Of a DNA stretch of 64,000 nt, positions 49,176 to 62,549 are shown piece after piece. This DNA is from Neodothiora populina. Lineage: Eukaryota. A program made the translations under genes and the position numbers. How positions within the stretch are numbered: the first letter of the stretch is position 1; the number at the start of each line of letters is the position of its first letter. The DNA lies in contig NW_027191406.1 in assembly GCF_041146345.1 (NCBI RefSeq), positions 1,240,001 to 1,304,000 on the forward strand. Direction: 5' to 3'. The notes beneath the pieces are model-generated. The model was not told the origin of the DNA. It worked only from the letters and a program-made list of their open reading frames with translations, and ran no database searches.

Positions 49176-51133
49176 TCAGACTTCAGAGTGCAATCTGACG
49201 CTCCGATGTTCCTGGCGCCGGCCCTGGTTGCGATACTTATATCCCTCATAGATAAGGAATAGCGCAGTAATTGTGAGCGTGAAAAGCATGAGCAGCTTGA
49301 GTGGTGCAAAGCCCGTGTCGGCAAGTTTGGGAATCGCAGACGTTATCCCTGCTGTCCAGCCTAGATCTACGTCGCGGCTGTAGCCCAGGACTCTACCGTC
49401 GGAATCAAGAGCAGCCACCCGTAAATAACGCATTGCATCGTCCTCGTCGAAATCTATCCGGGTTTCGAAGCCCTTTTTGTTGACTTGGACCAGGTCCGTC
49501 CAGGCGTCTGAATCCTGTATCATGAACTGCGAAGAATGTTGGAGGACCCATGCTCTGACCTCTGTAGCGCCATTCCATGAAACATACATGGCATCGTCGC
49601 TAAGCACTGCGGTCGGAGGTTCTCTGGGGTGTCCTACCCAGGGAAATTTGTAGGCGCGGTAGCTTTGCACATCGCCGCGACCCCACGAGTAGTTGGTTGC
49701 AAAGTGAGTGTCGCAGATCGGTTCACCTGTAGATTGGTATTCGGTAATGACGGCGTTGAAGCCATAGCCTAATAGAACCTTGGGATCTTGACCTGCTTCC
49801 GCCTTCGGTACCACCTGCAAAGAGCCTTGGGAAGACGATAAAACCCCTTGAGGGTGATCGTATGATTGCACGAGACGTACCGTGTAACGCTGGTTAGCAG
49901 GAACACTGTCTTCACGCTTCGTGAGATCGCCAGAGTGGTCACCCGTGACATTGTCGATAGGCGCAGCTGACGGATATGAGATCTCGAGAAGCATCCCGTG
50001 GGAGAGGCTGTCAGTCGAGTCCCGGTCTTCAGCGGCATTATTGAAAAGAGAAAGGAGTTGTGTAGTCACGCCGTCATGGTCTGTCTCACCCTCCCCGAGA
50101 CCTAAGTCTCGGATCTCATTCTTCATAAGCTTCGGAAAAGTGCTCAGCGGCATCATGCGAGCATCGTGCTGCCATGCGAAGTTGGTCGCAGCACCGTCGC
50201 TCAGATCTTCAAAGCCATTGCGCTTGCCGCCAAGGACCCAGATGATATCGCCAGACGTACCGTTGATGTACGTGATGGAATGAGTGTAGCGTGCTGAGAT
50301 CAAATAATTGCCTAGCTCGTCTTTCTGGATACTGTTGATGTGGAACCAGTCCCAAGGTGAGTCTTCTTCTCCATCCATCTGAATCTCCCGAAACGTATCG
50401 TTTATGGCGCAATGATCTGATGCGCGCCATTCGAACAGCAATTCATTAGTTTCGAGGTCAATCTCCTGAAAGAGACAGTCCCAGATGTACTTGAGTTGGA
50501 GATCTTGGTCGAAGTCCCTAAAGCCGAACAGATCCCAGCGGTTCACCGAATAGATTGTGATTAGAGCTGTTCCTTCGGGTGTGAGCGTCAGCTCGTGCAA
50601 GTCTGCCTTCAAGTCGCCAATGGCGGAGATTTTGGCTACTTGTTGATAGGACGAATTCAGCTGCGCTATGTTAGGCAAAATGTTCGTTTATTTCATTTGG
50701 AAAGGAAGACGCTCACCATGTAGTAGTCTCCCTGGCCATGGCCTCTGATTCGATCATCACCAATCCAGTATGTCAGATACTGCTTTCCATCAACGTCATG
50801 CACCACGAGATCATAAGCTTGTCCATCGGTAGTCCTAGCCCAGATTAAGTCCCCGTTATTGTCGACTATAGCAGGCCCAGGCGCCGAGATCGAGTAGCCT
50901 CTTGGTGTGATGAAAGTATACAAGTCATCATGACACTGTGGCGAATCGATTACTTTTCTCAGGACCGGTGATACGAGGTCAGTGGTCTGGTATGATCTGT
51001 ACGGATAGTATCCGTAATTCAACTCATACGCTTCACCATCCTGAGTGTCGAAGTCATCTCCTACATCATGTGCGCGCACGACGCAACTTGCCGAGAAGAA
51101 GCCTAGCAGTAGAAGACGGAAGAGTCTGTCCAT
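49176..51133 (-). CDS. Arylsulfotransferase (ASST)-like secreted, C-terminally anchored protein; exons 51133-50717, 50660-49176
   Basis: Signal peptide; DLHE, FQEIDLETNELLFEWRAS, DWFHINSI, YLISARYT, WVLGGK, WQHDAR, SSSQGS, SYRAYK, YVSWNGATEV; C-terminal TM helix. Confidence 0.88.
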
Positions 51134-52713
51134 TCCTGGTGTTAAAAGGCCAACTTAATTATCAAGCCCAAGGGGTCCGGAAGGGCTGTGGGGTGGAAGC
51201 TTCGACTGGGGGATTCCTGTTGCGGCTTTGAATGTTTATCAAAGGAAATGATTGATGTCGACTAAACAATTATGTCGTTTCTACACGCCAAGCATCGAGA
51301 GTTGTACAATCGCAATTGGAGAAGAGATCTGGTAGAAGGTAAGGACGTGGCGACGTTGCGAAGAAAAAGAACCAATGTAACACGGTAGCAGGACAAGACA
51401 GGGGAAAGTCTCAGCGGTGAAGAGAGATTAAACCAACTGACAGGAAAAAAAAGAAGATACAGCAATGCTTTTTGAGAGATGAAAAGTTCAAGAGGGGACC
51501 AAGAGTAAGTATAGTCGAGAAATCATCAAATCAGGGTAGACAGCGTTAGAGGATTAGAAACACCAAGACTTAGCCGGCAACAGGTGCGTCACAACCATCT
51601 ATAAGACGATTCCTGGGCATGCGCGGCCGTGAATAGCACGACTAAGGTACAAGTAGGTAAACAGCCAACTTCAAATTCGCACCGTCAACCCTTTCTTCAG
51701 ACGACGCGCGGCTGAGATTCGCGAAGAGATGGGACTGCGCAGCTGCATTCCTGTATTTGCCGATCGCCGACCTTCCAATCAAGCAACTGCTAAACCGTCG
51801 ATCGAACGAGGTACAGTACTGTACAGTTGCCGAATGTTGGATGTCCACACGATCTGATTGACATATGAATCGGAAATGCAGTTCCGAAACCTCCACTTGC
51901 CAAGTAGCCCAATGCAAGCCCTTCATTCGTTCACTTGGCCCGTCTTGGCCGGCACCTAAAAGCTTGATATGCTGACTCGGACAGGGATGGTAGACGACAA
52001 CGATAACAACCACCGCGATTACCTCGAATGGGGGCCCTAGGTGAGCATACATAGCATCTCCCCTTACGTGATCGCCGTGCGACGACGAGGTCTCCTTAAC
52101 AGCCACATAATATTCAGCATATAGTGCCAAGAGAGACACGGCGCGATGGCCACGCAACTGCGAATCTCTCAAGGATATTGAACGATTAATCTCTATAGAC
52201 TCTTAGGGCTGCGTTTGTGCGTTTCCTTCTTACGTGGACGACCACAAGGGCGTGGATATACTTTTCCAGGATCTACGCAACGCTTTCGTAGTCTTTGCCG
52301 TCGTAGGCCTTCTTTGCACCACTTCGAAGACATCGTCGAAACCTACATTCTTACAATGTATACGTAGGCATGTGAGCCAGGAATCTCTGAAACGCAATCG
52401 ACTGTTTGGATCGTCGTCAGGGATGTGTACGTGTAGATCTTGCGTAAATCACAATGCGGGATGAAGGGAGATTGTGATGATGTCCAACATTGCTTGACTG
52501 GCTCGCAATATCAACACAGCCTACAGCAGGGACCTGGTCGAGCACGGTCGATTCCATGGCTGATCTCGAAGCGGACTCAATACCGTGACTCGTCTCTCCA
52601 CGGTGATGTCTTAATAACGTTATCATGGGATCTACCTTCGAGACGGCTCGTCTGCTCTATTCGGGGCTGCGGAGGCCTCCCTCTCTTGGTTTGCTATGCG
52701 ATACAGCCGCGTA

Positions 52714-54228
52714 TCAGCTATTCGTGGGCGTACTGGCCTTTCTCCCACTTCCAACACCACTAGCTAGCAACTCTAGTCGACTCGCTTGCACTCTGTGTTT
52801 CTTCATGACTTGCACCCACTCAGGATCTTGCTCCTCATCCTCCTCTGGGATGTCCGCTCCGTCGTGCAGCTCATCTTCCAACAACGCAAGCATCATGCTG
52901 AAATCGACGCCTTGTCTCCCTAGCGATCCCGCGCAGTAGAGAACTTGTGTCAGTAGACTTTCTCGTGATGGACGTTCAGAGACGTTAGGCATGTAAGCAC
53001 GTAGGACATCGGACAACATGTCCACCAAGTGTGGTGCAAACGTGGCTAGTACTGAGGGCGATTTCTCCATCCAGTCTGCCTCTTCACCTACTGCCTCACT
53101 CATGCCGGGTACGTGCGTAGGAGAAGGAACACCGGGCGAGGTTACCTCGGCCACTGAGCCAGGCGTGGGCAACGCTGACGGAAAGATGCTTTTGTACATG
53201 GAAACGATGTTGAAGCTCTGTTCGCGGAACAGCTCAATCCACCTTTTGAGGAATCTTTCGGTTTGTGCGCCGCCTACCCATCGTTGCTGTCCATTCGCTA
53301 CTATTTCCTTCCGCCTAATGGACTCCTGATCCGCAAGTTCTCGCAGTGGGTCCAGCGCATCTAGAGTCCGACGAAGTGTACCGAGTCTGCAGATCAAAAA
53401 CAATGCACCGAGGGAACCTTCGCTCAACGCAGCGCCTAGGCTGATGTTTCGAGGTTCCGAGGTAGTCGAGGCTGGCGTACGTGTGGCCAGGTCTGGGGCA
53501 ACGCGGCGCAGCCATCCCACCATACGCATCGCGCCTGCGAGCTTCAGGTTAGGATTTTGTAGTCCATTTATGAGGACAGTGATTAGATTTTGTATTTCTT
53601 CATCTGATTGCTTTGTGATGTCTGCTATGAGCGCCGACTCAGGGTATAGTGCACGCAATCGTTTCACGTGAGCATGCAGATCGAGGGCCGAAGCATAGCC
53701 AGAGGCTGCTACGCCGCCGGTTCCCTGTGTGGCAGCAGCACTGGAGCTGTTGATTGTCGTAGCCAGAAGTGTTGGTAAATCGAGGATGTCGCTAACGCGG
53801 TCCACATTTCTGCTCAAGAGCATTGCCTTTTTCCGCCTATCGAGCACAACATTCTCGCTATTCCTCTCGTATTTAGATGCAAATGCTGTCGCCGCAGTCT
53901 CCACAGCGGGTAGTCCTTGGTGAAGTTCGGCTGATTGGGAGGCCAGGGAGGGGAGTAGGGAAGAGAGGTGCGATAATTGATTTGTTGCTGATATGACTGA
54001 GCGATGCGAGCGTTTCGACAAGGCCTGGAGGGATCGTATGACGGAGAGAGAAGACTGGCTCAGCGATGCAGGCTCGGTAGAGGTGAGCGATTGTAGCGGG
54101 AGTGTAGTCATGCGATTTAAATAGCTATTCGTGGTTGCATCATGGTGTGATGGTGCTGCTGATGTTTTCGGGGTTCCAGACTGTTGGTCCAAGTAAGGCG
54201 TAAGCAGCTCATACAATGAATCCGCCAT
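52714..54228 (-). CDS. COG8: Conserved oligomeric Golgi complex subunit 8 (Dor1-like)
   Basis: MADSLYELL, DILDLPTLL, YASALDLHAHVKRL, MRMVGWLRRVAP, LFREQSFNIVSMYKSIF, LLTQVLYCAGSLGRQGVDF. Confidence 0.9.
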   Translation of the reverse strand: MADSLYELLTPYLDQQSGTPKTSAAPSHHDATTNSYLNRMTTLPLQSLTSTEPASLSQSSLSVIRSLQALSKRSHRSVISATNQLSHLSSLLPSLASQSAELHQGLPAVETAATAFASKYERNSENVVLDRRKKAMLLSRNVDRVSDILDLPTLLATTINSSSAAATQGTGGVAASGYASALDLHAHVKRLRALYPESALIADITKQSDEEIQNLITVLINGLQNPNLKLAGAMRMVGWLRRVAPDLATRTPASTTSEPRNISLGAALSEGSLGALFLICRLGTLRRTLDALDPLRELADQESIRRKEIVANGQQRWVGGAQTERFLKRWIELFREQSFNIVSMYKSIFPSALPTPGSVAEVTSPGVPSPTHVPGMSEAVGEEADWMEKSPSVLATFAPHLVDMLSDVLRAYMPNVSERPSRESLLTQVLYCAGSLGRQGVDFSMMLALLEDELHDGADIPEEDEEQDPEWVQVMKKHRVQASRLELLASGVGSGRKASTPTNS

Positions 54229-55129
54229 GACGAGAGACAAATGCAGTCTGTTGTGGTGATTATAATTTCATGCTGTAAATTATACGTCCGGTCATGTTGT
54301 CAACAAGGATCCCTACAACTCCACGTTTGGAGTGGTATAGAACTCCGGAGATTGCACGTCACAAAGCCGACAGACACGCCAAGAACATGATCATTATCCG
54401 CACACCTTACCAGTAGCTACACCTCCTCGATCACAATGACAACTACCTCGCATGCCTAAGGTATACGTGCATGTTGAACACAGCTGTGATAGAATAAACT
54501 CAAATTGTGTTGACACTTGCTCGCAACATATATCTGGATGCCATGGCTGGACAATTCGCCGTTCCCCTGCACATAATAGAATGTGCAACAGACGATTTGC
54601 TGGGTTTCAGTCCATCAGGTCCCACTCTACTTGAGTCTTGCGCGATACCAATACGGGTATACACCAATGCTAGGTAACAAGCGCCTTTCTGGTGCCAGGC
54701 TACCTCATGTTGTAAGCTACTTCAGCCTCGATCTCACTAGGTAAGTATGTCTTGTGCTGGGATAGGGGAACAATCTGAATTGTTTCGAATCGAATGGTAA
54801 CGATGGATTCCTTGATCGACCAGGCTATAGTGTGACAAGCAAAACAGAGAAGCATGGGAACCGCTACTTGTCATCCAGAGGTAAGATACTGGCTCCCGTC
54901 TTTAAGATAGGTACCTTAGCTTCCTTAGCTTTGAAGGGAGCTTTGAAGGGAGCTCTGATACCATCACAAAAATTGTATGAGGCAGGCGCGATGATGCAGC
55001 TCTTGCCCCGAAATCATGTTTTCTCATGACCTCCTTTTCTTCCATTTCCCGTCAAACCTGTTCTCTTGATTTTGGGGTACTGCCGCTTCTTCTGCATCAC
55101 CAACAACCTGGGGATGACCGCTCGCCATT

Positions 55130-58100
55130 ATGGCTGGCCAGCTTCACGCCGAGACGTTGCATCGTCTCAGTCCTGGCAATAGTCCTACTTCTGCACAGAG
55201 ACCCAATTGCCGTCAGTATGAAGTGGAGAAGATCGTTCAACAGGACCCCCTCAGTTTCAAGATTCCCCTCAACCAAGTACTTGACCGATCTGAGTCCCCA
55301 GGCGATCATATGACAGACGCGAATGAGACCTCTTTTATCGGCCGATCAGACAGTAATACGGACCATTCCGAGACCATCAGCACAATCACTTCGAACGATA
55401 AGGACATACTCGATCGTTGTGTAGTACCTACGAGTGGACAGATTGACACTCTGCCTCTTGGGAAGCTGATTGAGAAACCTCAGGATCCATCAAGTGATTT
55501 CTCTCACACCTTCAAGATGACAGCACCGAGATCGTGTGGCTCACGTGAAGTGGCGGATCAGAAGCCAGAAAGATCCCAGCATGCTCATAGACCGCATGCA
55601 ACAACTCACGAACCAGCAACTCCGTGCATCGACAAAGTAGGACCTGATGCAATGATACCGCTTGGCTTGATAAAAGAGAAAGATACCGAGAGTATCGCTA
55701 CGATCCATCAGTACGAGCAGAGTGAAAGCTCTCCATTGCTATACTCGTCTCGCTTTCCATACCCGTCAACACATTCGGAATTTGTCAACGGCTCGCGAGA
55801 TCACAAGAAGTCAAATACCACTCACTCTGACCAAGATGTGAATGGATGCAATCTTCTTGTAGACGGACCAGTGGATGGTAATGGAATCCTGTGAGTGATT
55901 TTGCAATTCTAAGGCTGTGCATAGTCCACTAACGATACATTTAGTCACACAGGACCGGTGACCGCATCTAGGGTCGCGAGGAATGCTGCTTTGGACATTG
56001 TCATTTCTCCCCTAGATCTTTCTCCACCGGAAATCACAGCAAGCAAGCTAACAGACAAGCTCACCAGTACCAAGAACAGACCTCTGAAGGTAAAGAAGAG
56101 AAGGATAGTTTACGCGCAGCTAGCTCGCCTCGACAATCCTATCAACATTACCGATGCCACTCGAAATGGTCCGACCAACGAGGCTAAAATTGTTCCAGTG
56201 TCACAAGAGGTGGTGCGTCCACCAAGAAGAGGCTTGCTCGAAGACAGTCTGAAGAAGCACCTAGCGAACGTACGTGACAGCTCTACTGCAATATGCCCGT
56301 TGCAGGAAGCTATGGCGGGAACAGTTTCATCACCCATCCCTAAACAATCGGTGTTGTATTGCCCCAGCCTCCGCGAAACCAACGCCAGGGGTGTTGATTT
56401 GACTGCCGAGAACTTGTTCGATTTTACAACTTCTAAAGGAACGCCATCCGCATCGGTTCCCAGAACGATGTCTTATCAACGCAAACAGGCCGACCAGCCT
56501 CGGATAAGACAGACTTTGCATAGGGTCTCTGATCAGTATGGTGAAGTCAGGGTTTCGAAGCCTATTGCGTCCAATTTACGAAGACTGCCTCAACCCTCGA
56601 CGGTTGGGAAAGATTCTTGTGATGTTCTTCAGGCCCAGATCGAGATGCAAGACATGATGTCGAAGTTCACGGACCGACATGCCGAGTCGTTACAGAAAAA
56701 GCAGTTGGAGCTCGAAGCTGCTCTACTATCCAACGTAGGGGTGACTGAGCAGCTGCAGCAAAGCCGTGCCGAGCGGGCCAAATTACAATCGGAATTTGAC
56801 AAATGGAAGACCACACTATCCAGATACAAAAAATTCCTGAATGGACTGAACAACGACTTAGCATCACTCAGAGGTACTCGCACTGAGCTCGATACAGCTC
56901 TTATCATGAACAAAGAGCTACGCGATAATCTAGAACAGCAGGCCGGGGTGGTACTGAGTCTGAGCAAAGTCAAGGCTGAAGCCCTCTTACAGTGTCGGAA
57001 CCTCGTGAAAATCAATGCCCGTCTTGAAAGTAATCTCAACGAAATGGCAGGACAATTGTCGGAGGAGAAAGATCGCAATGCTTTCATTCAGAGACAGGTG
57101 GACAAACAAGTGGATGACAACAAGATCTCGTCGAGTCTCACTAAATTGAACGATCTTGTCGATACCAAATTGACAGCGATCCTCGAAAGCGTAGGAGATC
57201 AGCAGCGAGACGACGAAATCTCCAAACGTATCAAAGAAGGTGTAGATATCACTGAGGGGCTTGGTTCCACTGCTCAGGCTGCTGTCGGACAGATCGAGGA
57301 GCTCAAGGTACTGATCGAAACCGGTCTCGAAGCGTGAGTCCGATGCGGGTATACTGTTATTTCGCGATATTAATCGTTCCTAGGAACAAGATCGCATCCG
57401 ACCACATAAATGCGATGCCAGTGTTGGCAAAAGAGATTATTGGCTCGATCAAGGAGATGAAGATGGAAGTTCAATCCGACAAACACTTACAAGCCAGAAA
57501 CACACTTGTTCAAGAGACTATAACAAGACTGCGGGATAGCCTCAAAGATGGTGAAATTCAGATCGGGAAGCTTGATTTCCAGGTAAATGAGTTGCGTGCT
57601 AGAGAGACATGCTTCCAAGCTCAAGTGGATCACTTACAAGGTGTCAACAAAACAATTGAGACCAAGAACGCATCTTTGGTGGCCACAAAAAGTACTTCTG
57701 AAGAAGAGATCAACTGCGGAAAGCAAAGACTACTGCACGAGATCGAGGAAATGAAGACTGAGAACATTGCACAAACATCGAAGATCCAAGACCTCTCAAG
57801 CCAAGTTCACGTGCTCGCACAGGAAAAGGAAGAAATGCAAGTAAGTCTGATGCTTATTGATCATGCCGCCGTCTAATGTTGACCCAATGCTAGCGCAGCA
57901 TGATGCATACTCGAGATCAGCTTGACGCGCATCGAACCAGAGAGATGTCTTGGGAGCCTCTGAGGAGAGAGCTTTTGGACAAGCACCAGTGTGACATACA
58001 GCAGCTCCGACAGCAGACTACTAAACAAGCCGATGGAATTCGTGCAAAGCACATTGGCAGGTTAAGTCAAGAGGTCAAACAGCGGGAGCTTGCTGAACAT

Positions 58101-59826
58101 AAATTAATTGCAATGGCTGCCGAGATTGAGTCCATCAAGTCCGAGAGTGCGATGCTCAAGGAGCAAGCTAAGCTTGTACCAACGCTCCAAACATGGCAGC
58201 TGTCAAATGCCGAGATGAATGCGAAGTCGAAGTTAATCAATGAATTGGAAGCTGCTCTTGCGGCCGAAAGTTGTGACAACGACACTCTTCAACAAAGTCT
58301 GTCAGAACTTCAGACTAGCCAACAAGACCCGGTCCCAATGTATACTGAGCCTCGACGTGAAGTGAGTGCTGGAAAATTGCCCGGACCCCATGAAATTGAG
58401 GAAAAGACTATCGATCAAGACGCTACCGGAGATCTTCGTCCTACTGATGACACCGAGAAGCACGGTCAACAGAGGTTACGAGCGTCTGGAAAGGAAATGC
58501 AAAACCCAGTCATAGGGTTGCGGAGTGAGCTAGATGGCAACGACGCCCATGACGATCGAGGAAGTCAGCTTGTTCGTGAAGACCAGTCTGACAACTCATC
58601 AGCCAACAAGGTCTTTACACAGCAAGGACCCTCTTATGAAGGACAGCAGCCCAGGAAACAAAGAAAGCGGATTGAGCGCAGCCAATTGGCAGTTTCCCGT
58701 ACGCCAGTAACAGTTCAGTCCGATAATTCGTGTCAACAGGTCATCGAAGTCGCTGCGAGTGAGAACGATGTCTCTGACGGTCAAAATAGCGAGGAAGACA
58801 TGCTTGATAATCGTCGTCCGAGAGCAAAATCTTCAGCAGTTCCTGGATTCGATGGAAACGCCGTGATTGCGCAAGTCTTGGACGATACAGGTGTGAGGAT
58901 GCGTCATGATACCAATGACGCCCAGCCCGAGCAAAGTGAAACTCCAGAGACTGATGCTGCGGTCGATGATGTTCTGAAGTTGCGTTTCTACGAGACTCAG
59001 ACACATGTCATATCCTCTTCTCTAAGTCCAAGTCGTTCCATGTATGCGGCTTGTGAAGGAGAATTGTACGAAGAGACCCAGGATTACATATCACAGATGA
59101 CTGGTCGACGCTCTACAGGCTACAGCCAAATGGAGACCCAGAGCCAAGAAGCTATCCATTGGCCTCGAGATGGGTTCAATTCCACTATGCGAAGTACACA
59201 AGATCAAGATATGTCCCCACCACCCCGACGTCCGAGTGCGCTGAGTCAAGGAAAGAAGCGGGATCCGATCCCTATTCCACTGCACGAACCGTTGTCTGGC
59301 AAGAAAGTCAGCACAAGTGATCAGCAGACCAACATGAAGCAAGCTTCACAGATCGGTAGCTCTCCTAGCAGTATTAACGCGGTCTCTCAGACGAAGTCCA
59401 CAATTAAGACGTATACACACAAGCAAAGGATGGCTGCTCCAAAGGACTCGCAGGATATCTACGATCTTGAGATATCCCCCGTGCCTCTAGGTCAGAAACG
59501 TCCCTTGTCACATCTGACAAAGATGAGCAGCGGCATCATGAAGAAGCCTCGCTTGAACACTACGGTAGCCGAAGAGTCTCGTGCTAGCTCCAATCAACAT
59601 CACCCGAGCAGCTTAGATAGCCAGCAATCCACTGCTAACATTCTATCACTTCCGCTGCGTGCCGCGGCAGCAGGTATGCGCAGCTCAGCGGGAAGTAGCA
59701 GAACCACGCGTAAAAGTTCTCGCATGAGTAGCAGTGAGTGTTGTGTGCATGTTCTGTGAAAGATCGACTAATCACACTGACCAATGTCTAGGCTCGAAGA
59801 TCGAAGAGCGCTTCAAGCAGAACTGA
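55130..59826 (+). CDS. Large coiled-coil hypothetical protein; exons 55130-55890, 55945-57333, 57384-57840, 57894-59733, 59792-59826 (start uncertain)
   Basis: Four canonical introns join four long ORFs and a short last exon (SSKIEERFKQN*) in frame; central heptad-rich region between low-complexity ends. Confidence 0.8.
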
Positions 59827-60285
59827 CGACCAGACACAATTTCAGTCGCTCATCCAGCAATGTTACGGCATTTCAAGGACCAGCATGTTTTATACCAAAA
59901 GTCGTTTTCCACGTGACCAGTTTCATTTTCGGTTTTCTGTTGCGGGCAGCACTCATCACTTCATACTTCGCACAGCAAAGATATGTTATTCACGCATGCC
60001 GCAATTACTGCGAATGATTTTAGGTCTTTCTGCAAGCATCTTACTGTACAATATGGTTTTTTTTACACGTAGCCAATGTTCTTTCTGTAGCTCTTTCTGA
60101 AGACCAAACCCAAACGCCTTCCCACGCTGTCCATAAACTCCTTGATACAGTGTCGAGTCACTGCTTATGCCAATGTGTACTCGCGTCGAACGTCCGAGAT
60201 TCGTCCGTGATAATCCAAGGATCAAGTCGCAGCAGCATCCGAACTGCTGTTACATTTCGCGGCCATGGGATGCAGAATAGTCTGT

Positions 60286-60946
60286 CTACCTCGAACCTCC
60301 ACGCTTTTGCTCGAGAAATAGTACTTTTTGCTTGACTGTAAAAGGCAGCGATTAGTAAGTTGTAGTGATGGCCGGCTCTGTGCTGAAGTAGCAAATATTG
60401 TATCCTGCTACTCATTCCTCCTCTTGCACTGTTTGTACAAACATTTGCACCGAGACTCGTATTGTTGACCATCTCTTTCATTGATCCTTCCATCTCTGAA
60501 GTCGCGCAGTCTTTTCCAATCCATGTTTCTTTGCGCCTCCATGTGCTCTTATTCCCTCCTCCTCGGACCACGCCATGAATGTGCATCTCTTTCCACCGCA
60601 TTTCACCCCACAAGTCCGTCGTGATGCGAGAACCCGAATAGAAAATGATGAAAGAGCGGGAGGGTAAGAAAATAGCCGTTCAAACATACCAACAGGATCA
60701 TACTTGAGCATACTGAGCGGACGATGCTGTCTGGGCCGCACAAGAGTGCGATAATATCCCGTCATGGCCATTGAGATCAGACGCACGGCGATCGTGCGGG
60801 ACTTGGCTGGTTTTGGCGTTCACGTTAGTTTCTTCTCCTCTCTTTATGGCGCGCTCTTTTTTCGTTCGATTTAGGAACAAGGTTGGTGGGTGTGTTGCCA
60901 ATTTGCGACGTGAGGGTGTGGGGTGTTGAATACCTTTCTTTGCCAT
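60286..60946 (-). CDS. MRPL39: Mitochondrial ribosomal protein bL33m (59 aa); exons 60946-60934, 60806-60690, 60335-60286
   Basis: Spliced [59 protein letters not shown] is a typical L33 sequence; both introns canonical; exons total 180 nt. Confidence 0.95.
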
Positions 60947-61676
60947 TGCTGGATATGGCGATGACTTGCTTAGTGCAAGTGATTGGACGGGGATTATTGA
61001 TCGGGGGTGGATCGACGGAGTGGTTGTTCTGGATTACGATTGTGGACTGTATGCAGGCAAAGCGGAGGATCGGAGGTGTACTTGGTCAGTGCGCCTGTAT
61101 ACAGAGATTCAGGTAGGGTCGCGTCACGTGGCTTGGTCCCCTAAGTAAATACCTTATGCAGGAGCCTCTCTATCTCACTATCGACGATGACCATGAAAAA
61201 GGTACACTATGATGATGCATTGCAGGCTAGACTGACCCCGGACTGAGCTATCTGTGTGTGTGTGTGATTCGATTAGCAATAACGTCAGGCCTCCCTGCAG
61301 ATAGGTGAAGTGGAAGTCTGCGCTGTCAGCCTCAAAAAGTCTCCGCATCCTCATCTCATATGTCTCCGGCGCAAGCTACTCACATGACTGCCTGCCTTCC
61401 TTACAACCTGTCTAAGTATGCTGATCGCTTGGCGCATCTGTCAGGACCTTGATGACGAGTGAATCCCTGATCAACGTCGCGGAAACATTGGCACATAACC
61501 AAGTCTCCGTCGTCTCTCGTCAGACCTCCGCAGCTTACAGGCCTCCCAATGTGAGGTAAACATATAAATACTGGCAAGTCGATGCTCGGTTCTTTACGTG
61601 CTTCATTCACCATATTAAACAAGACGTACTTCAGCAAGTAGATCACATTCCTCACTTATTGATATCACACTTCAAC

Positions 61677-62549
61677 ATGTCTAGCAAGTTGTTCCTAGCT
61701 TCAGAAACCTCCGACTGGGATGATAATGCCGCCTACTATACAGCTCTGATGAAGGATGGCCCTATGACCATGCCTATACGAGCGATGCTAGAACACATGA
61801 ACAAAGTTCTACCCTTCGAATCGGCATCGGGCATTGCAGATGTCGGCTGCGGTCCAGGCACGGCCATCGGTGAGCTGTTTGACATTTATGGGAAACAAAT
61901 ATCACCTTCAGCTCGCCTGTTGGCCTCGGACTTCAGCAAGGGCATGGTCGAGCAGGTCGATAAGCGAAAGGCTAACAACGCGGGCGACAACCTCTGGGAT
62001 CGACTTGAGACAGACGTCTGGGATCTGAATGACCTAAATCATGTCTCTGACAGCAGTTTTAGCCACGTCATGGGAAGCATGGTATTTTTCATGCTCAAAG
62101 ACAGCAACGAGGCGCTAAAGGGGGTTAATCGCGTTCTGAAAGAAGGCGGTATCATCGCAGCGACTTCTTGGAACAAAGTCGAGTGGATGGAGCTCGCGTT
62201 CGCGGCATCTGGAGCTACACGGCCTGATCTCGCTGCGAAGAGAGAAACGCCGTCTTTGCCGGGAGGGTGGACAAACCCCGAGGAGGTCAAAACAACACTC
62301 GAAGCAGCTGGCTTCAAGGATGTACACGCTTCATATGTCAAGACTTCGTGTCATTTCGACGACCCTAGTGCATTCTTGCGGTGGCTCATCAATAGCAAAC
62401 TCCCTGCTGTCGCAGAGCTGGTTCGCGATTTTGATGAAGACGACAAGACCAGGCTTGGTGATGAGTTCGTGAAACTCGTTGAGCAAAAGTGTGGCAACGG
62501 GCCGAAGAGGCTCGAAGGCATTGCTGTGGAGGTCGTGGGGAGAAAGTAA
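61677..62549 (+). CDS. Class I SAM-dependent methyltransferase
   Basis: IADVGCGPG motif I, LLASDFSKGMVE, DSSFSHV, RVLKEGG; single exon; TATAAA upstream near 61563. Confidence 0.88.
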   Translation: MSSKLFLASETSDWDDNAAYYTALMKDGPMTMPIRAMLEHMNKVLPFESASGIADVGCGPGTAIGELFDIYGKQISPSARLLASDFSKGMVEQVDKRKANNAGDNLWDRLETDVWDLNDLNHVSDSSFSHVMGSMVFFMLKDSNEALKGVNRVLKEGGIIAATSWNKVEWMELAFAASGATRPDLAAKRETPSLPGGWTNPEEVKTTLEAAGFKDVHASYVKTSCHFDDPSAFLRWLINSKLPAVAELVRDFDEDDKTRLGDEFVKLVEQKCGNGPKRLEGIAVEVVGRK

